Source: Octopus vulgaris
Lineage: Eukaryota
Assembly: GCA_951406725.2 (NCBI GenBank)
Contig: OX597825.1
Coordinates: 40,548,001-40,612,000, forward strand
Reading direction: 5' to 3'
DNA: 64,000 nt
A model generated the notes under the pieces. The model saw only the letters and a program-made list of their open reading frames with translations, was not told the DNA's origin and ran no database searches. Made by a program: the position numbers and the translations under genes. Of this stretch, positions 1-12,312 are shown one piece after another (positions within the stretch are counted from its first letter, which is position 1; every line of letters begins with the position of its first letter).

Positions 1-587
1 ATTCAGTGTTACTGTGAGTTTTGATAGTAGAAAGAAAGCTTTTGTTTATTAGCTGCTGCTATAATAGACTCGATGTTGGGTGGGGTGGCTTAAAATAGCT
101 TCAGAATAGATCGATTAAAGATAGAGTAATATTTATGTTGACGGGGGAAGTTTTGTGCCTACACGTATATTTGTGCGTGTGCATGTATGTGTATATGTAT
201 GCGCACGCATATAAGGACATGCAAGCGGATACATGTGTTTGTAAATGTGTGTGCATGGTTATTTGTGTATATTTGTATATGTATGTGGGTATATATATCT
301 ATACATATATATATATAAGTGCGTGTGTGTGTATATGTATATGTGCATGCATATGTATACACAAATATATATGAGTGAGTGGGTACATGTGTATATATGT
401 ATACGTTACCTATTTACCTGTATGCGTGTGTGCGTGTGACCGGATATTGTTGATCGGCTATACACGACGTGTCGAGGATTGTTATATAATTTGATATGGA
501 TATATTTGGGATACTTATATCCATTCTTGACATTGCGTCTGCTTTTCTGTGGTGTTGTATAAGTATTTCATTTATTTCCTCAGTATT

Positions 588-642
588 CTCTGCTGACGAG
601 GAAAAAACGTTTGTGTTAATCCAGAAATTGGCCGATCCATCG
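588..642 (+). ncRNA. Degenerate type I hammerhead ribozyme (PLE-type)
   Basis: CTGACGA at 593-599, stem II GGA...TCC, one extra A, then GAAA, near-palindromic ATTGGCCGAT and C. Stem I only partly paired. Confidence 0.45.
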
Positions 643-956
643 ATAACTAAAATTTATGACTTTCCGTCAGATGGCTACGTGTGTAATAATAATAGTGATG
701 ATATTTAATGTGGTTCGACGATTTAACATCTCCTTTTAGAATATAGGCAAGACTTTCTTCTATGTTCTTAATTATAATTATATATATAAAATTTCTTTAT
801 TCCTTTGGAACACGAAATCTCAAAAAGGAAGGTATTGCGCGGATGTATGACGCTCCCTTGCAAGAATGGAATGGACCACTACATGTATGTAGTTTGAATA
901 AGTGGGGTAGTTCGTGCTAGTTCCACAATCCTTCCTCGTTCTATAGTTCTCGTGTT

Positions 957-1186
957 GAAGGCGGCGAGCTGGCAAAAACGTTAGCACGCCGGGCGAAATG
1001 CAGAGCCGTGTTTCGTCTTTCGTTACGTTCAGAGTTCAAATTCTGCCGAGGTCGACCTTGCCTTTCATCCTTTCGGGGTCGATAAATTAAATACCAGTTA
1101 CGCACTGGGGTCGATGTAATTGACTTAATCCCTTTGTCCCTGTTTGTCCCCTCTGTATTTAGTACCTAGTCGGTAATAAAGAAATA
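957..1186 (+). mobile_element. tRNA-derived SINE with target-site duplication
   Basis: B-box-like GAGTTCAAATTC and core GCCTTTCATCCTTTCGGGGTCGATAAA. Flanked by a 15-bp TSD TATAGTTC(T/C)CGTGTT at 942-956 and 1187-1201. Confidence 0.85.
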
Positions 1187-1438
1187 TATAGTTCCCGTGT
1201 TCATAGTTCAAAGTTTACAGTTCGATGTAGTGTGTGGGATTGTTTGTTTCTAAAAGATTGTTGTTACGTTGTGTATGACTACTGCCGTTTGTTTCGATTA
1301 TACTGTTATCACACTGTTACAGTGTATTCCTTTATCCACAATGATATAACACATTCATACACACACATATAAATATATACATATGTATATATATATACAC
1401 ATATATACAAACACACACACATATATATACATACGCAT

Positions 1439-1503
<65 letters not shown>

Positions 1504-2498
1504 GTTATGGAAAGTATGGGCTATTTACGGAGTGCCAATGCGAAATAATACAGGGTAGAGGAGGAAATTGTAAACGCAAATCATAGGCAGTCAAACAGAT
1601 TCCCGAATACATAAATGAATGTAATTGAATCATATATATTTATACACATGAACATAAATCATGCATATACAGGCGTAAAGATTCTTCAAAGGTATAAGGA
1701 ATAAACCCAAACGTACCTACAAATATAGAAGAAATATAAAATCATAAAAATACATGTAAAATTACACACAAATAAGGATTACACGTAAAGATTTATGCGT
1801 GATAAATATAGGAGGCACAGTGAAATACTAACCCTAATAATTACTCCAATGAAACCAGTAGGGTGAATCAAAAACCTCAACCAGTAAAAAATATCCATGC
1901 GCAAATTAGTGCTATACCTGTATGAAGTTTAAAATTTCTTTTTCTACATATGTTAGTGTAGCAATGGGATGTATCAGCCTTATTTAACGCTCACTAGTGT
2001 GACCCTAAAACAGCGTATTTAACAATCTAAAATTAATCCACATTATATTACATATTGGTCAGCTTCTTACGTAGAGGACGGAAACAAATCGAATGCATGC
2101 TGACAGTTTTCAAGTTAAATGGTTTTTAATCGTATATATTCACAACATGTGGGCCCGTATCATACTTGAGAACACCCTCTCCACTCCAATTTCTTTTGAC
2201 ATTGACAAACACTTTTGCATAATACACTATATAATAGACCTAAACTTATCAATTCCTTGTGCAGAAATAACACATAGTGGGCGTTCTATGCATTCATTAT
2301 TCTTCTCAACTATATGACATAACGAATTTGTGTAGTACTACTAGTCGTCCAGCGTAGATGCAACAATACATGTGAGTTCTCTAGACACAGGTATTTATGA
2401 AGTAATGTAGATAATTAAAATAGATAAACACGTGGTGGATGAATAGATCGGTTGAATAGTCACACTGTCTAAACGTGTATACAAACTAAACCAAACTG

Positions 2499-2549
<51 letters not shown>

Positions 2550-2671
2550 GTTAATTTAAATGAATTTACTTGAATATGACTAACTTAGATGCACCAAAAA
2601 CTATACTGATTTAACAATACAGTAATGTGGGGTGATTATAAGCGAGAATGAAGCAACAAGAATGGATAGGT

Positions 2672-2762
2672 TTTTAGTACGATCGTTTCATACAAGGACA
2701 GGTTTTATTAAAAGTTGCAAAAATTACAGCATATAAACATGTCCCGTACTCATCAGCTAAAA
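2672..2762 (-). ncRNA. Type I hammerhead ribozyme, canonical core
   Basis: Minus strand reads ttttag-CTGATGA-gtacgggaca..loop..tgtccttgtat-GAAA-CGATCG-TA-ctaaaa. 6-bp stem I, long stem II, palindromic stem III. Confidence 0.85.
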
Positions 2763-3016
2763 TACATGTGAGTTCTCTAGACATCCTAGTGGTTGAGGCT
2801 ATACTCATGAAGTAATGTAGATAATTAAATAACATAAACAGATTTCAAAAGTTCATTAAAGTTCTTTAAAGATGATTTACAGTCTTATTACAGAATTTCA
2901 AAAAGTCTTAATAGCATCACAGAATTTCAAAAAGTCTTAATAGCATCACAGAGAAGGTGACCCGATCCACAGTGCACATATGAATTTCCAGAGATATGAT
3001 GAGGGGTTACATATAC

Positions 3017-4577
3017 AGTGGTGGGTGTGGTTCTACCTATAAAATAACTGCTAATTAGCGAAGTTAACTTTTCAGTTAGCTGATTAGCATTGACGCTAAC
3101 TTTGAGAAATATTCGCGGGCCAATTACTTTTCACTGATGTTAGTTCCCATAACAATAATTCTGCTAACATAATTGATACTTTGTTTCCTGTCTGTTGTGG
3201 GCGTGTCTCGAAAAGTCCGTCAGGCATGCTATTGTCTGACTACGTGTATACGTTACAAGGCGTGTTTGGTCGACGCAGCAGCTACTAGCTGAGCAGAATT
3301 GTGTAATTCTACAGTTGTGAGTTGTGTTCACTTACGACGTTTGTCACATTACAGACAGTCTTGCAGTGTCAGTGACATGGCCGTGACGTCTGGCTACTGG
3401 CACTGCTACTAAAAAATTGCATGTGTCTCCAAGGGAAGAGCCGGCCTTGATCCTCTCCTCAAACTAGAGGGCATGCAATGGGTGTTTCCTCTTGACATGC
3501 GACTTCATGTTGTAGAGGTTCGCCGCTTGTCCCTTAGTAGTGGTCTCCTTAAGCTGCATATGACTTACCGGAAGTCCAAGATTTTGGCGTTCCTCTTATC
3601 CCTTGACTCCATGACAAATTACCAAATTATAGCTTATCGTTATGGAAGGTGAAAATGCTTTTGTTTGGACTGAAAATGAAAGTCTTGTTGAGAAGTCTGC
3701 AACGGCTATGGGTGAGGTAGTGGATGCTCAGTTTGAGAACCAGGAGTTTCAAAACCCGTAGCTCTACCTGGCGGACTATTTAGTCCTGAAGTCAAGAGAT
3801 AAGAGGTACGCCAAAATTTGTACTTCCGGTACGTCATATTCCAGCTTAAAGAGACCACTATCAAGGGAATGCAGCGAACCTCCACAACTTGAAGTCGCAT
3901 CTCAAGAGAAAACACCCATTGTATGCCCTCCAGATTGAGGACAGGAACAGGGCCCTTTCCTTGCGTGGGAAACGTATGCTTACTGGCAATCTTCAATGCC
4001 AGTAACCATACGTCACGGTCATGTATAAAGAAAGCTCACCATCCTAGCATTGGCGAGCTGTTTGCCGAAACTGCTGGCACTGTTGTCAGCCTATGGTGGA
4101 AAGAAGTATTGCCGACCAGTTTGTCGACAACTTGCTGCCGCTGCATATATTAGGCTCCCTGCACATTTTTCGGTCTGATCAAAACAATGAATCCCAGCAA
4201 GACTTCGATGTCCCACGGCATCCTGGGCAGGATTATCTTGGACAGTCATAAACAGCAGGAGGAGCATCTTACAAAGTATGTGTAAATTAAAATTAAACAA
4301 GTTTATTAAAATATTATTATGAAGCACTTCATATTTTCTGAATTTAATTTAATTATATAATTATTTCTTCAGTAATTATTTTTTCAAGTAATGTAATATA
4401 ATTGAAATAAATGTCATAATATATTATGCACGGTACATAATTCCACACATGATTAAGTCTGCACAGCTAAAGCAAAACTCTTTAATGAAATAGCGAATAA
4501 ACTAACATTACGTTATGAACTTATAAAATTGTGACTATCGTTCTATCCGGCTACTCCGTTATTCACCCCACCCAACG
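3017..4577 (+). mobile_element. Non-autonomous hAT-like DNA transposon remnant
   Basis: Starts CAGTGGTGGG with a degenerate inverted end (CACCCACC) near 4565. 4166-4275 translates FFGLIKTMNPSKTSMSHGILGRIILDSHKQQEEHLTK, resembling the hAT/ZBED 'F..LI..LNP...SR.TL.R.I' segment. Confidence 0.5.
3375..4024. mobile_element. Foldback/MITE-like element with ~235-bp inverted arms
   Basis: 3375-3611 aligns to the reverse complement of 3786-4024 (ACATGGCCGTGACGT ... ACGTCACGGTCATGT), with a spacer of about 175 bp. Confidence 0.8.
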
Positions 4578-5667
4578 CGGCACCGATTAGGGTAGTGTCA
4601 CTACTATAAAAAGTTGAATAACAAGGCTTTAAATTATATGCAATAGTTCCGTGAATTTAGAACAGAATAGTAACCAAAACTACAATCTGTGCGATTTCTA
4701 TGGACAAAATACGGTTATAAGGTACTGAATTTAAATGTCTTGCTTCCTTCTCACCAGCGAGAAATTGTACAAACCATATGCTCACAAAAGCCATTGTAGA
4801 TGCGAATGAAAGGCTTGTGGCTAATGAGTCGTTTTGACTCTTATTACTAGCAATGTACCCTCTCATTTTAGTGACGTCTATAAATTTGCCTTTAGGTTGT
4901 TAAATTGCTAATAAGCCACACATACTATTTTATAGTTTTCACGTCTACCATTTTTGAAATCAGCATATGTTTTCAACGGATTTCTGTATAAGTTGACGAA
5001 GTGAGTTGAGCTTAACCCTAGACACAGTAAGATCCACTGATAATAATTAAGATACTCTGCAACAAAATTTGAAATCACTAGTGATTTCAATATGTCTGTG
5101 ACCTTAGGGTGCTTTGTTTCCCTTGTCAGTTTATTAAGATAGTACTTTGTGGCTATGAAATCGTTTTGACTCTTATTTCTAGTAACACCGGTACCACCTT
5201 GTACCGTCTGTCACTTTAGAGACATCTATAAATATGTCTTTAGGATGTTAAATATTATATATAAGTATATGTATATTAACATTAATATTTAGCGGAAGCA
5301 ACAGAGTGCCCATGGATAATACGGACTATGCTGTACTAATCCGAAGGATACCGACTCAGATGTCAAAATCATCTGATCTGAAACGTACGTAGTTATGTCT
5401 TAAATATTAAAAAAATACCATCCTGGTATCATTGTTGCTCTTGTATACACTATTCCTCATTCCTGTTGAATAATACATGTTTTGCTAATATCGTTTAAAT
5501 TAAGATTCAGTAGCTGAGGTCCATTCACGTGAAAACGTTAGGTGAAGTCTTAAAAACATATCTACCAATGCAGAGTTAATCACTTATGTTTGTAACTCGT
5601 TTCTAATGTATACTTACATATACACATACGAACATATATATCTATGTTTGTCATATATATGCATATG

Positions 5668-5731
<64 letters not shown>

Positions 5732-6235
5732 TGTCGAACACGAGTAGATAGATATAGATATAGATATAGATATATTCTGCCATTTTTCTTTTCTTTCCAT
5801 ATACCAGATAATAAAATTTATTATTAAGCATGTGATCTACTAATAATCCTAAAGGCACTATTTCATAGATATGTGTGTCATAGAATTTCGAAATTATCTG
5901 CCGATGGCGGTTATTTTCATGAACACACTAATGGCCATAACATTCTTTTAGCAGAGCCGGATATACAGTACAAAATATATATTGCAGGTGTGAATGTCTC
6001 CTAGTGTGCTGAAAATATTTTAATAATAGACCGTTTAAATCATTAAAAAGGACAGTTTAATTCGGCGTGTGATAACATAAAAGCACCTAGTCCCAAGACA
6101 CGTACACCGATGTTTTAGAAAGCAAGCACATCATAAAAACTATATCTTACTACATGTATATATATGAAGAGAGACAGACAGACAGAGTGAGCGAGAGAGT
6201 GATTCTTTTATTCTTTTACTTGTTTGTCATTTGAC

Positions 6236-7159
6236 TTACCATAAGCCTAATGATAAGCTATAATATATTAGCAAAGAATCAAATCCTCCGCCAGGTATTC
6301 TTAGGAAATCAGTCGGTAATGTAGGTAGACGAATATCGTCAATTATTTCGGATGAGGCAGCATTCCGGAATGCTGCACCTTATTACAATTGCGCATTAAG
6401 GAATAGTGGATTCTCTGAGAAGATCCAGTATAACCAACTTAATGCTAGCAGTAATGCTACACGTAGAACTAGGACTAGGAAAGTTTTGTGGTTCAACCTA
6501 GCTGTCAATTTGGCCGAAAAAACAAATATGGGTAGGGAATTCTTGAAATTAGTTTTAGTCCATTTTCAACCTGACCATAAGTTTTATAGAATATTTAATA
6601 GAAGGACGCTTAAGATCAGCGATTCTTACTGCAGAAACGTTACCTGTTTCGTAAACCAACACGAGTAGGATAATTGCTAATAAGCATAGTACCGATTCTT
6701 TTTAAAATTGTAATTTCAAAGATGGGTCCCCCTGACCGTTGGAAGGGAAATGTCTGGAGAAAGGAATCGTGTATAGAGCCAAGGTGCAGATAGAAGGCTC
6801 ACGCGAATATAGAACATATACAGGGGCTTCTGAATATTCTATTAAAACGCGATTCTATACGCATAAAAATTCCTTTAGATATCCCGAAAATAGGAGGAAG
6901 ACCAGCCTGGCGAAATGTCTGGGAATTAAAAGAAGAAGAAACCCGATCTTTCAACGTGACATGGAGCATTTTGGATAGAGCTGCACCGTACAGGCACGGT
7001 AACCATAAAAGAACTATCAAGTGCGATTTATGCCTGCTGGAGAAATATTTTATTTTATTCCATGACAATAATTCTTTAAATCAAAGAAGCGAACTCTTGA
7101 ATTCCTGCAGACAAGCAGCTAAATTTAAAATGTCGACTAGCATTATCCCATATGGATAG
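6236..7159 (+). pseudogene. Penelope-like element (Naiad-type) RT thumb and GIY-YIG endonuclease, decayed
   Basis: YHKPND..YISKESNPPP, AAPYYNCALRNSGF, VLWFN, TNMGREFLKL, RIFNRRTLKIS, PLEGKCL..GIVYRA..YTGASE..IKTRFYTHKNSF, CDLCLLEK..LNQRSEL..CR. Contains stops and frameshifts. Confidence 0.9.
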
Positions 7160-8060
7160 CGTATACTTTTGATTCGTAGACTCTTTTTTAATCACACTGT
7201 TGGGTTTGTATCGTATTGTGCATGATTTATTCCGCATCGCAAAGTTTTTGAATATATTTTGTATATGGGTTTTATAAACCCATTTTAACCATTTAATTTA
7301 TGGATAATTCGATATAGAGTGTTCTATTTTGCATGTCTTTTATCTAAATGTTATTATTATACACCTAGCAATTTTTTAAAATAATGTTTGTATATACATC
7401 AGGACCTAGACATGTTTTTATGTGAATATTTGTATTGTTCGCATGCATATGTATCCGTATGTATGCGCCTATGTATATGTGTAAGTAAGCGTGTATGTTT
7501 ATACTTATGCACACACATACATGGATGTATCTGTATGCATGTAATCACTTGAATTTATGCGGATGTGTATTTACGTACTTATCTCTATATATTTATATAT
7601 GTGTTCTTATATGTGTACTTCCTGCTAATATACACTTTTATATACACATGTATACGTAATTTTATTTTTTGAACGTTTGTTACGCTTATACAGACTTCTT
7701 TCTTCCTTTTTTTAGTTGAGGAAACAATAATTTTTCTCCCCCTATACGTTACTTGTATAGAGTCCTGTAACTTTACGCCACTTCCCTTCTCTTACTCCCT
7801 TCTTTAGCAATCTGTTGCTTATAAGATCGTTACCTTTTCTTTTTCTTTTTCTCCCCCCTCTTTGCGTTTTACTTCTAGTCTATATGTATACACCGAGTGA
7901 TTCTTGCATGCGGGCAAGATTGTGTATACATATGTATATGTGTATTTGTGTGTATACTTAAGTCTAGCATTTATATAGGTTATCCACATAGGATCAGTAA
8001 ATCTATTCGATATAATAAACTTACATAATGAGTGTACCTGCCGTGTTACTGGAGCTGTTA

Positions 8061-9319
8061 CGAGGTACGTTCAATAAGTAATGCCTCTGACCCACTTGCA
8101 GTTGTTTGATCTAGCTGAAAGTTTGCATGTGCAATCATTTATATCTCTATAGAGTAAGTGGCATATTACAGCTCTGAACTAATTGTGGCTTCTGATTTAC
8201 AGGTGTTTGAACCGAGTCAAGTGTGAAATGGAGCCTGTTGAGTGTCGAGCAGTGATCCGGTTTTTGTATTTGAAAGGACGCACACCACGGGAGACTTTTG
8301 ATGAAATGAAAGTAACTTATGGTGATGATGCTCCATCATATGACCTTGTAAAACGCTGGCATCGTGAATTCAAACATGGTCGGAACTCTGTGGAAACAGC
8401 TTCCAGATCTGGTCGCCCCTTCTGCCATTGATGAGGCATCTGTCTGTCAAATTGAGGCTGCCATTGTGGAAGATCGACGCATAATTATTCGCCAAATAGC
8501 CCATGAGATCAAGATTAGTACCGGGTCTGTGGAAACTATCATTCATGACCATTTGCATATGCAAAAGGTGTCTGCCAGATGGATTCCCAGGTTGCTCACG
8601 CCTTTCCAGAAGCAAGAACGCGTCGAGTGCTCGAGGGTGAATATGGAGATGTGCCAAGAAGATGAGTCAAAAGTTTTCAAAAGACTGATTACACAGGATG
8701 AAACCTGGGTCCATCACTATGATCCAGAGACCAAAGCCCAGTCAATGCAGTGGAAGCACCGTGACTCATCCCCTCCAAAGAAGGCAGCCCTCCGCTGGCG
8801 AGGTCATGCTCACAGTCTTCTGGGACCAGGACGGAGTAGTGATGACAGATTTCCTGGCTAAGGGTACCACAATTGCAGGAGCCTATTATGCTTCACTTTT
8901 GAGTAAATTAAGATAAGTTATCAAAATCAAGAGGCGGGGCAAGAACAGCAAAGGTATCCTCCTCCTGCAGGACAACGCTCCGGTCCACAACTCGCTTGTC
9001 GCCAGATCAGAAGCACAGGCGTATGGCTATGAACCCCTCCCCCATCCCCCTACTTTCCTGACCTTGCACCCTCTGATTTTCAGCTCTTCCCAGTCAGGAA
9101 GTTGTTTTTGAAAGGAAAGCGTTTCCCAGATGATGCAGCCTTGATTTCTGAAGTCACGTTCAGGTTGGAGGACCAAGCTGGGGTCTTCTACAAAAACGGT
9201 CTCCAGAGCTGCATCAAACACTGGGAGAAATGCGTAACTCTGGATGGTTCCTATGTAGAACAAGACTAATAACTGTGCCAAGTTTCGTTGCTCTACTGCT
9301 ATGGGAAGTACGCCCCTCG
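8061..9319 (+). mobile_element. Mariner transposon with frameshifted DD34D-type transposase
   Basis: TA|CGAGGTACGT...ACGCCCCTCG|TA ends. HTH (RAVIRFLYLKG, VKRWHREFKHGR), ARWIPRLLT, TQDETWVHHYDPETK, QDNAPVH and PDLAPSDF motifs across frames. Confidence 0.95.
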
Positions 9320-10079
9320 TAACAATGTAATTTGATTTGAATAATTAGTATCATATCTTAATTACACTGTTAGTACGTAATTTGAATTTTTTTAAAATAT
9401 ATATTGTTACTCAAACACGGTTTGTTGAATATCTTAAGCGTAAGAGTGTGAACAACAGCAATTATAATCTAATACACTATTAATGATAAAACATTAACAT
9501 TTATCAATAAATATGTTAGCAACAACGATTAATAACTAATTTTTGTTAATAATTTCAGTATGAATTATTCATTAGACGTTATCTTGTCCTTTTAATGCTA
9601 ATGTTAACAATATTTAAGATAACACACTAAACTAGTAAATGTCAGTATGCTAATATTTCTTCGTTGTTAAAATTTATTCATTATTAAACGCCTCAATTTA
9701 ACTACTTGTGATTTTTACTGAGAAGATGATTAATTCCGCGATAAAATTAGACATAGTTTTCTCTTACCTGAGGCATATATATTTAAGGTAATCGTTAATG
9801 AAACATTTTTAAACATAATTCAATTAAATATTCTTTCCTAACCTAATAATAAGACGATAACATAATGTTATTTCTCTCGTTTTCTTCGAATCGAAAATAC
9901 TGTTGATTTCCTCTTGATAAAGTGTATGGCGTCAATATACTTGTCCCTGTATATAATATAACTACATTCAGTACTTCTTTCTTTTTTCCCTCAAAATTTC
10001 TAGATTAACTATATAATTTTTTTTTACGTAAATTTCAAACATGGCTCACACTTAATAACTGCATAAACGAAAGTTATTC

Positions 10080-10144
<65 letters not shown>

Positions 10145-10263
10145 CCTTCTGGGGTTAACTAGTAGTAACATGGAACAGCCACTTTGACGTGGCTTCAGGT
10201 TTACTTGTTAGTATAGATACCATTCTGATCTCTTCTTGAGATTTTACAACTAGCTATATTACT

Positions 10264-10289
<26 letters not shown>

Positions 10290-10294
<5 letters not shown>

Positions 10295-10550
10295 GTGGCA
10301 CAATCCGGCACCAATGTGTGCGCTGGAAATATTAGTCGATATCCGTACGAGGCAATGCAAAGCTTCACTAAATGTATACAGACAAAGATTTGTGCGGGTG
10401 GCGAATATAAAGATATTTCGTCTCACTTCTAGGAAAAACGCTCGATTAAAAGACAACCTAGAATGGATAATCTAGTACTCAAGTTTCGGACTTCCCAGAA
10501 TACGCTTGTTATCGGAAATCTGACTAGTCCTCTTCAGCTAGGTTCATCGA
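10290..10550 (-). mobile_element. Hammerhead-bearing repeat (PLE pLTR-like), copy A
   Basis: Reverse complement aligns with 12313-12565 and abuts (TA)n. Confidence 0.7.
10472..10542 (-). ncRNA. Type I hammerhead ribozyme
   Basis: Minus strand reads ctag-CTGAAGA-ggact..agtcc-GAAA-CTTGAG-TA-ctag. Confidence 0.8.
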
Positions 10551-10565
10551 AGACGAAATTTAAAA

Positions 10566-10638
10566 CCTAGCTGAAGAAGACAAACCAGATATATGATAAC
10601 AAACGTATTCTGGAAAGGCTGAAACTCGAGTACTTTGG
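10566..10638 (+). ncRNA. Type I hammerhead ribozyme, inverted partner of 10472-10542
   Basis: cctag-CTGAAGA-agac..ggct-GAAA-CTCGAG-TA-ctttgg. Stems partly decayed. Confidence 0.7.
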
Positions 10639-11143
10639 AAGGTCGCTATATGCTATTTCTAGATATTATGGCTAAAAACATGCAATGTGAGAGTCATTCC
10701 TTTTCGAGGTATAATATTCTGACAGTCGCGAGTCTTTGACTGCATTTTGCTCGGTTCTTAAACTGTGGTGCTTACGACGGTCTGTTACTAAACGCCTCAC
10801 CAGCAGAATGAAATTCTTGCATTGTATGCAGACAACTTTACCCAGCTGATTGTATAATCCGCTCTTGAGCTATTCAGACATGTACATTTTATTAAATATA
10901 CAGTCCTATTATACTTCAGAATTTGCGGGGAGCATTTGCTGAGACAGGTGAATAAAATATAAATAAATAATAATTGAAAGGCAGGTGTCAGTTCATTATG
11001 GCCGTTCGTAACGAATCCTTTAATTGATTAACGCGTACATTATCTTATTATAAAGAACCCGCTTTCCTTAGATACTTAATGATATTCCAAATGATTTAAC
11101 ATATTTTAAAATGCACGGAGCGAAACATTTTCACTGATTCTGC

Positions 11144-11182
11144 TACTATTTCAGTTGACAGATTCTGTCAACTGAAATAGTA
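11144..11182. repeat. 39-bp near-perfect palindrome bounded by TA
   Basis: TACTATTTCAGTTGACAGA-T-TCTGTCAACTGAAATAGTA, 19-bp arms with a 1-nt centre. Confidence 0.9.
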
Positions 11183-11199
11183 CACGAAATAGTGCCACC

Positions 11200-11486
11200 C
11201 AAATCCTAGTAAGTGGACTTGGCTTGGTAGACGGAAATTGCAAAGAAACCTTTCCCAGATATATGTTTGTATATGCAAGCTCCATTGTGTCTATGTTTAT
11301 CCCTTCGTCACAACATGACATTCTGCATTATGTCTACATGCTCGTAATTTAGCAGTTCGGTATAAGGATCGACAGAAGGAGTAAGAAACTAACAAGGAAG
11401 TACTGGTTCCGATTTATTCGGCATTAAACATTTTAAGGCAGTGCCCCAGCATTGCCGCAGTCAAATGATTGAGACAAGTAAAAAGA
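11200..11486 (+). mobile_element. SINE, 3' part
   Basis: TTGGTAGACGGAAATTGCAAAGAA body and tail AGGCAGTGCCCCAGCATTGCCGCAGTCAAATGATTGAGACAAGTAAAAAGA, shared with the copies at 24460, 42500 and 61690. Confidence 0.75.
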
Positions 11487-12312
11487 TATACCAGGGTTGG
11501 TCGAATATTATCCGCACGTTTCAAGGACGAAAAAGCACAAGAAACTGAACATAGATAAGTGCATGAGCAGCCAAAAACAATCATCTCAACTGGAAGAAGC
11601 AAGCCTGCGGGCCCCTAGAAGAAGAGCATCGAAACGGAAGTAGAGTTTGTCGAAACTTAATGTACTCGTTCAACTTCGGTTTTTTTTCAATAATAAAGAG
11701 TGCATGTAATTTTTTTAAAATTTAGCCTCGTGTTTGCACACACTCACATACACACGCACACACGCACACACACATGCATATACACTTACATATACACACA
11801 CACATATTCATATTATTATTGTTCTTTTTATTTTTTATCATTATTATATTTATTAATATTTTGCAGAAGAAACAGAGTGATTCAAGGGCCGAGACATTCG
11901 TGCATTGGCACTTATTGAGCTAGTTATAGGCCGAAGAGTCAAAAGTTACACTTCCCTCGATTATTGTAGAGCGAATTTTAAAAAGAATTCCATTGTCACG
12001 TTGATAATTTATATTCTTCGAATAATTTGCCCATTATGTCGTTTAATAAGTAAATACATAAACAAATAAATAAACCATCATCTGTTCACCTGCAACTAGT
12101 TTAATAATTGCCAGCACTCGAAACTTTCTGCTTGTCAGTCTCTCTGTTGCTTCTGCTAAATATTAATAAAAGTAAACATACACTGACATTTTGAGTTGTA
12201 TTATAATACTTAAAATTTCTGCATAAATTTTTTCAGTTCTCGGTTCTGTTTATGGCTTGGGCTATCAGTGGAATGTATAGGAATTGATGTAGCGGATATT
12301 TTAAATGTTGCT

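Noticed and set aside
135-439. ORFs rich in YI/CV/HT repeats here and throughout, plus poly-I, poly-R and poly-V ORFs
   Set aside because: These are translations of (TA)n, (TG)n, (TTA)n, (CTT)n and (GTA)n microsatellites.
2890-2952. Short (~29-bp) tandem duplication
   Set aside because: Ordinary slippage-type duplication with no further structure.
1925-5990. Herpesvirus major capsid protein call from HPIATLT and YIFCTVYPAL look-alike motifs
   Set aside because: The resemblance is too short and loose to name a gene without a profile search.
7160-7300. SECIS element after the Naiad-type ORF
   Set aside because: ATGA at about 7222 lacks correctly spaced AA and GA pairing by eye. It needs SECISearch on a family consensus.
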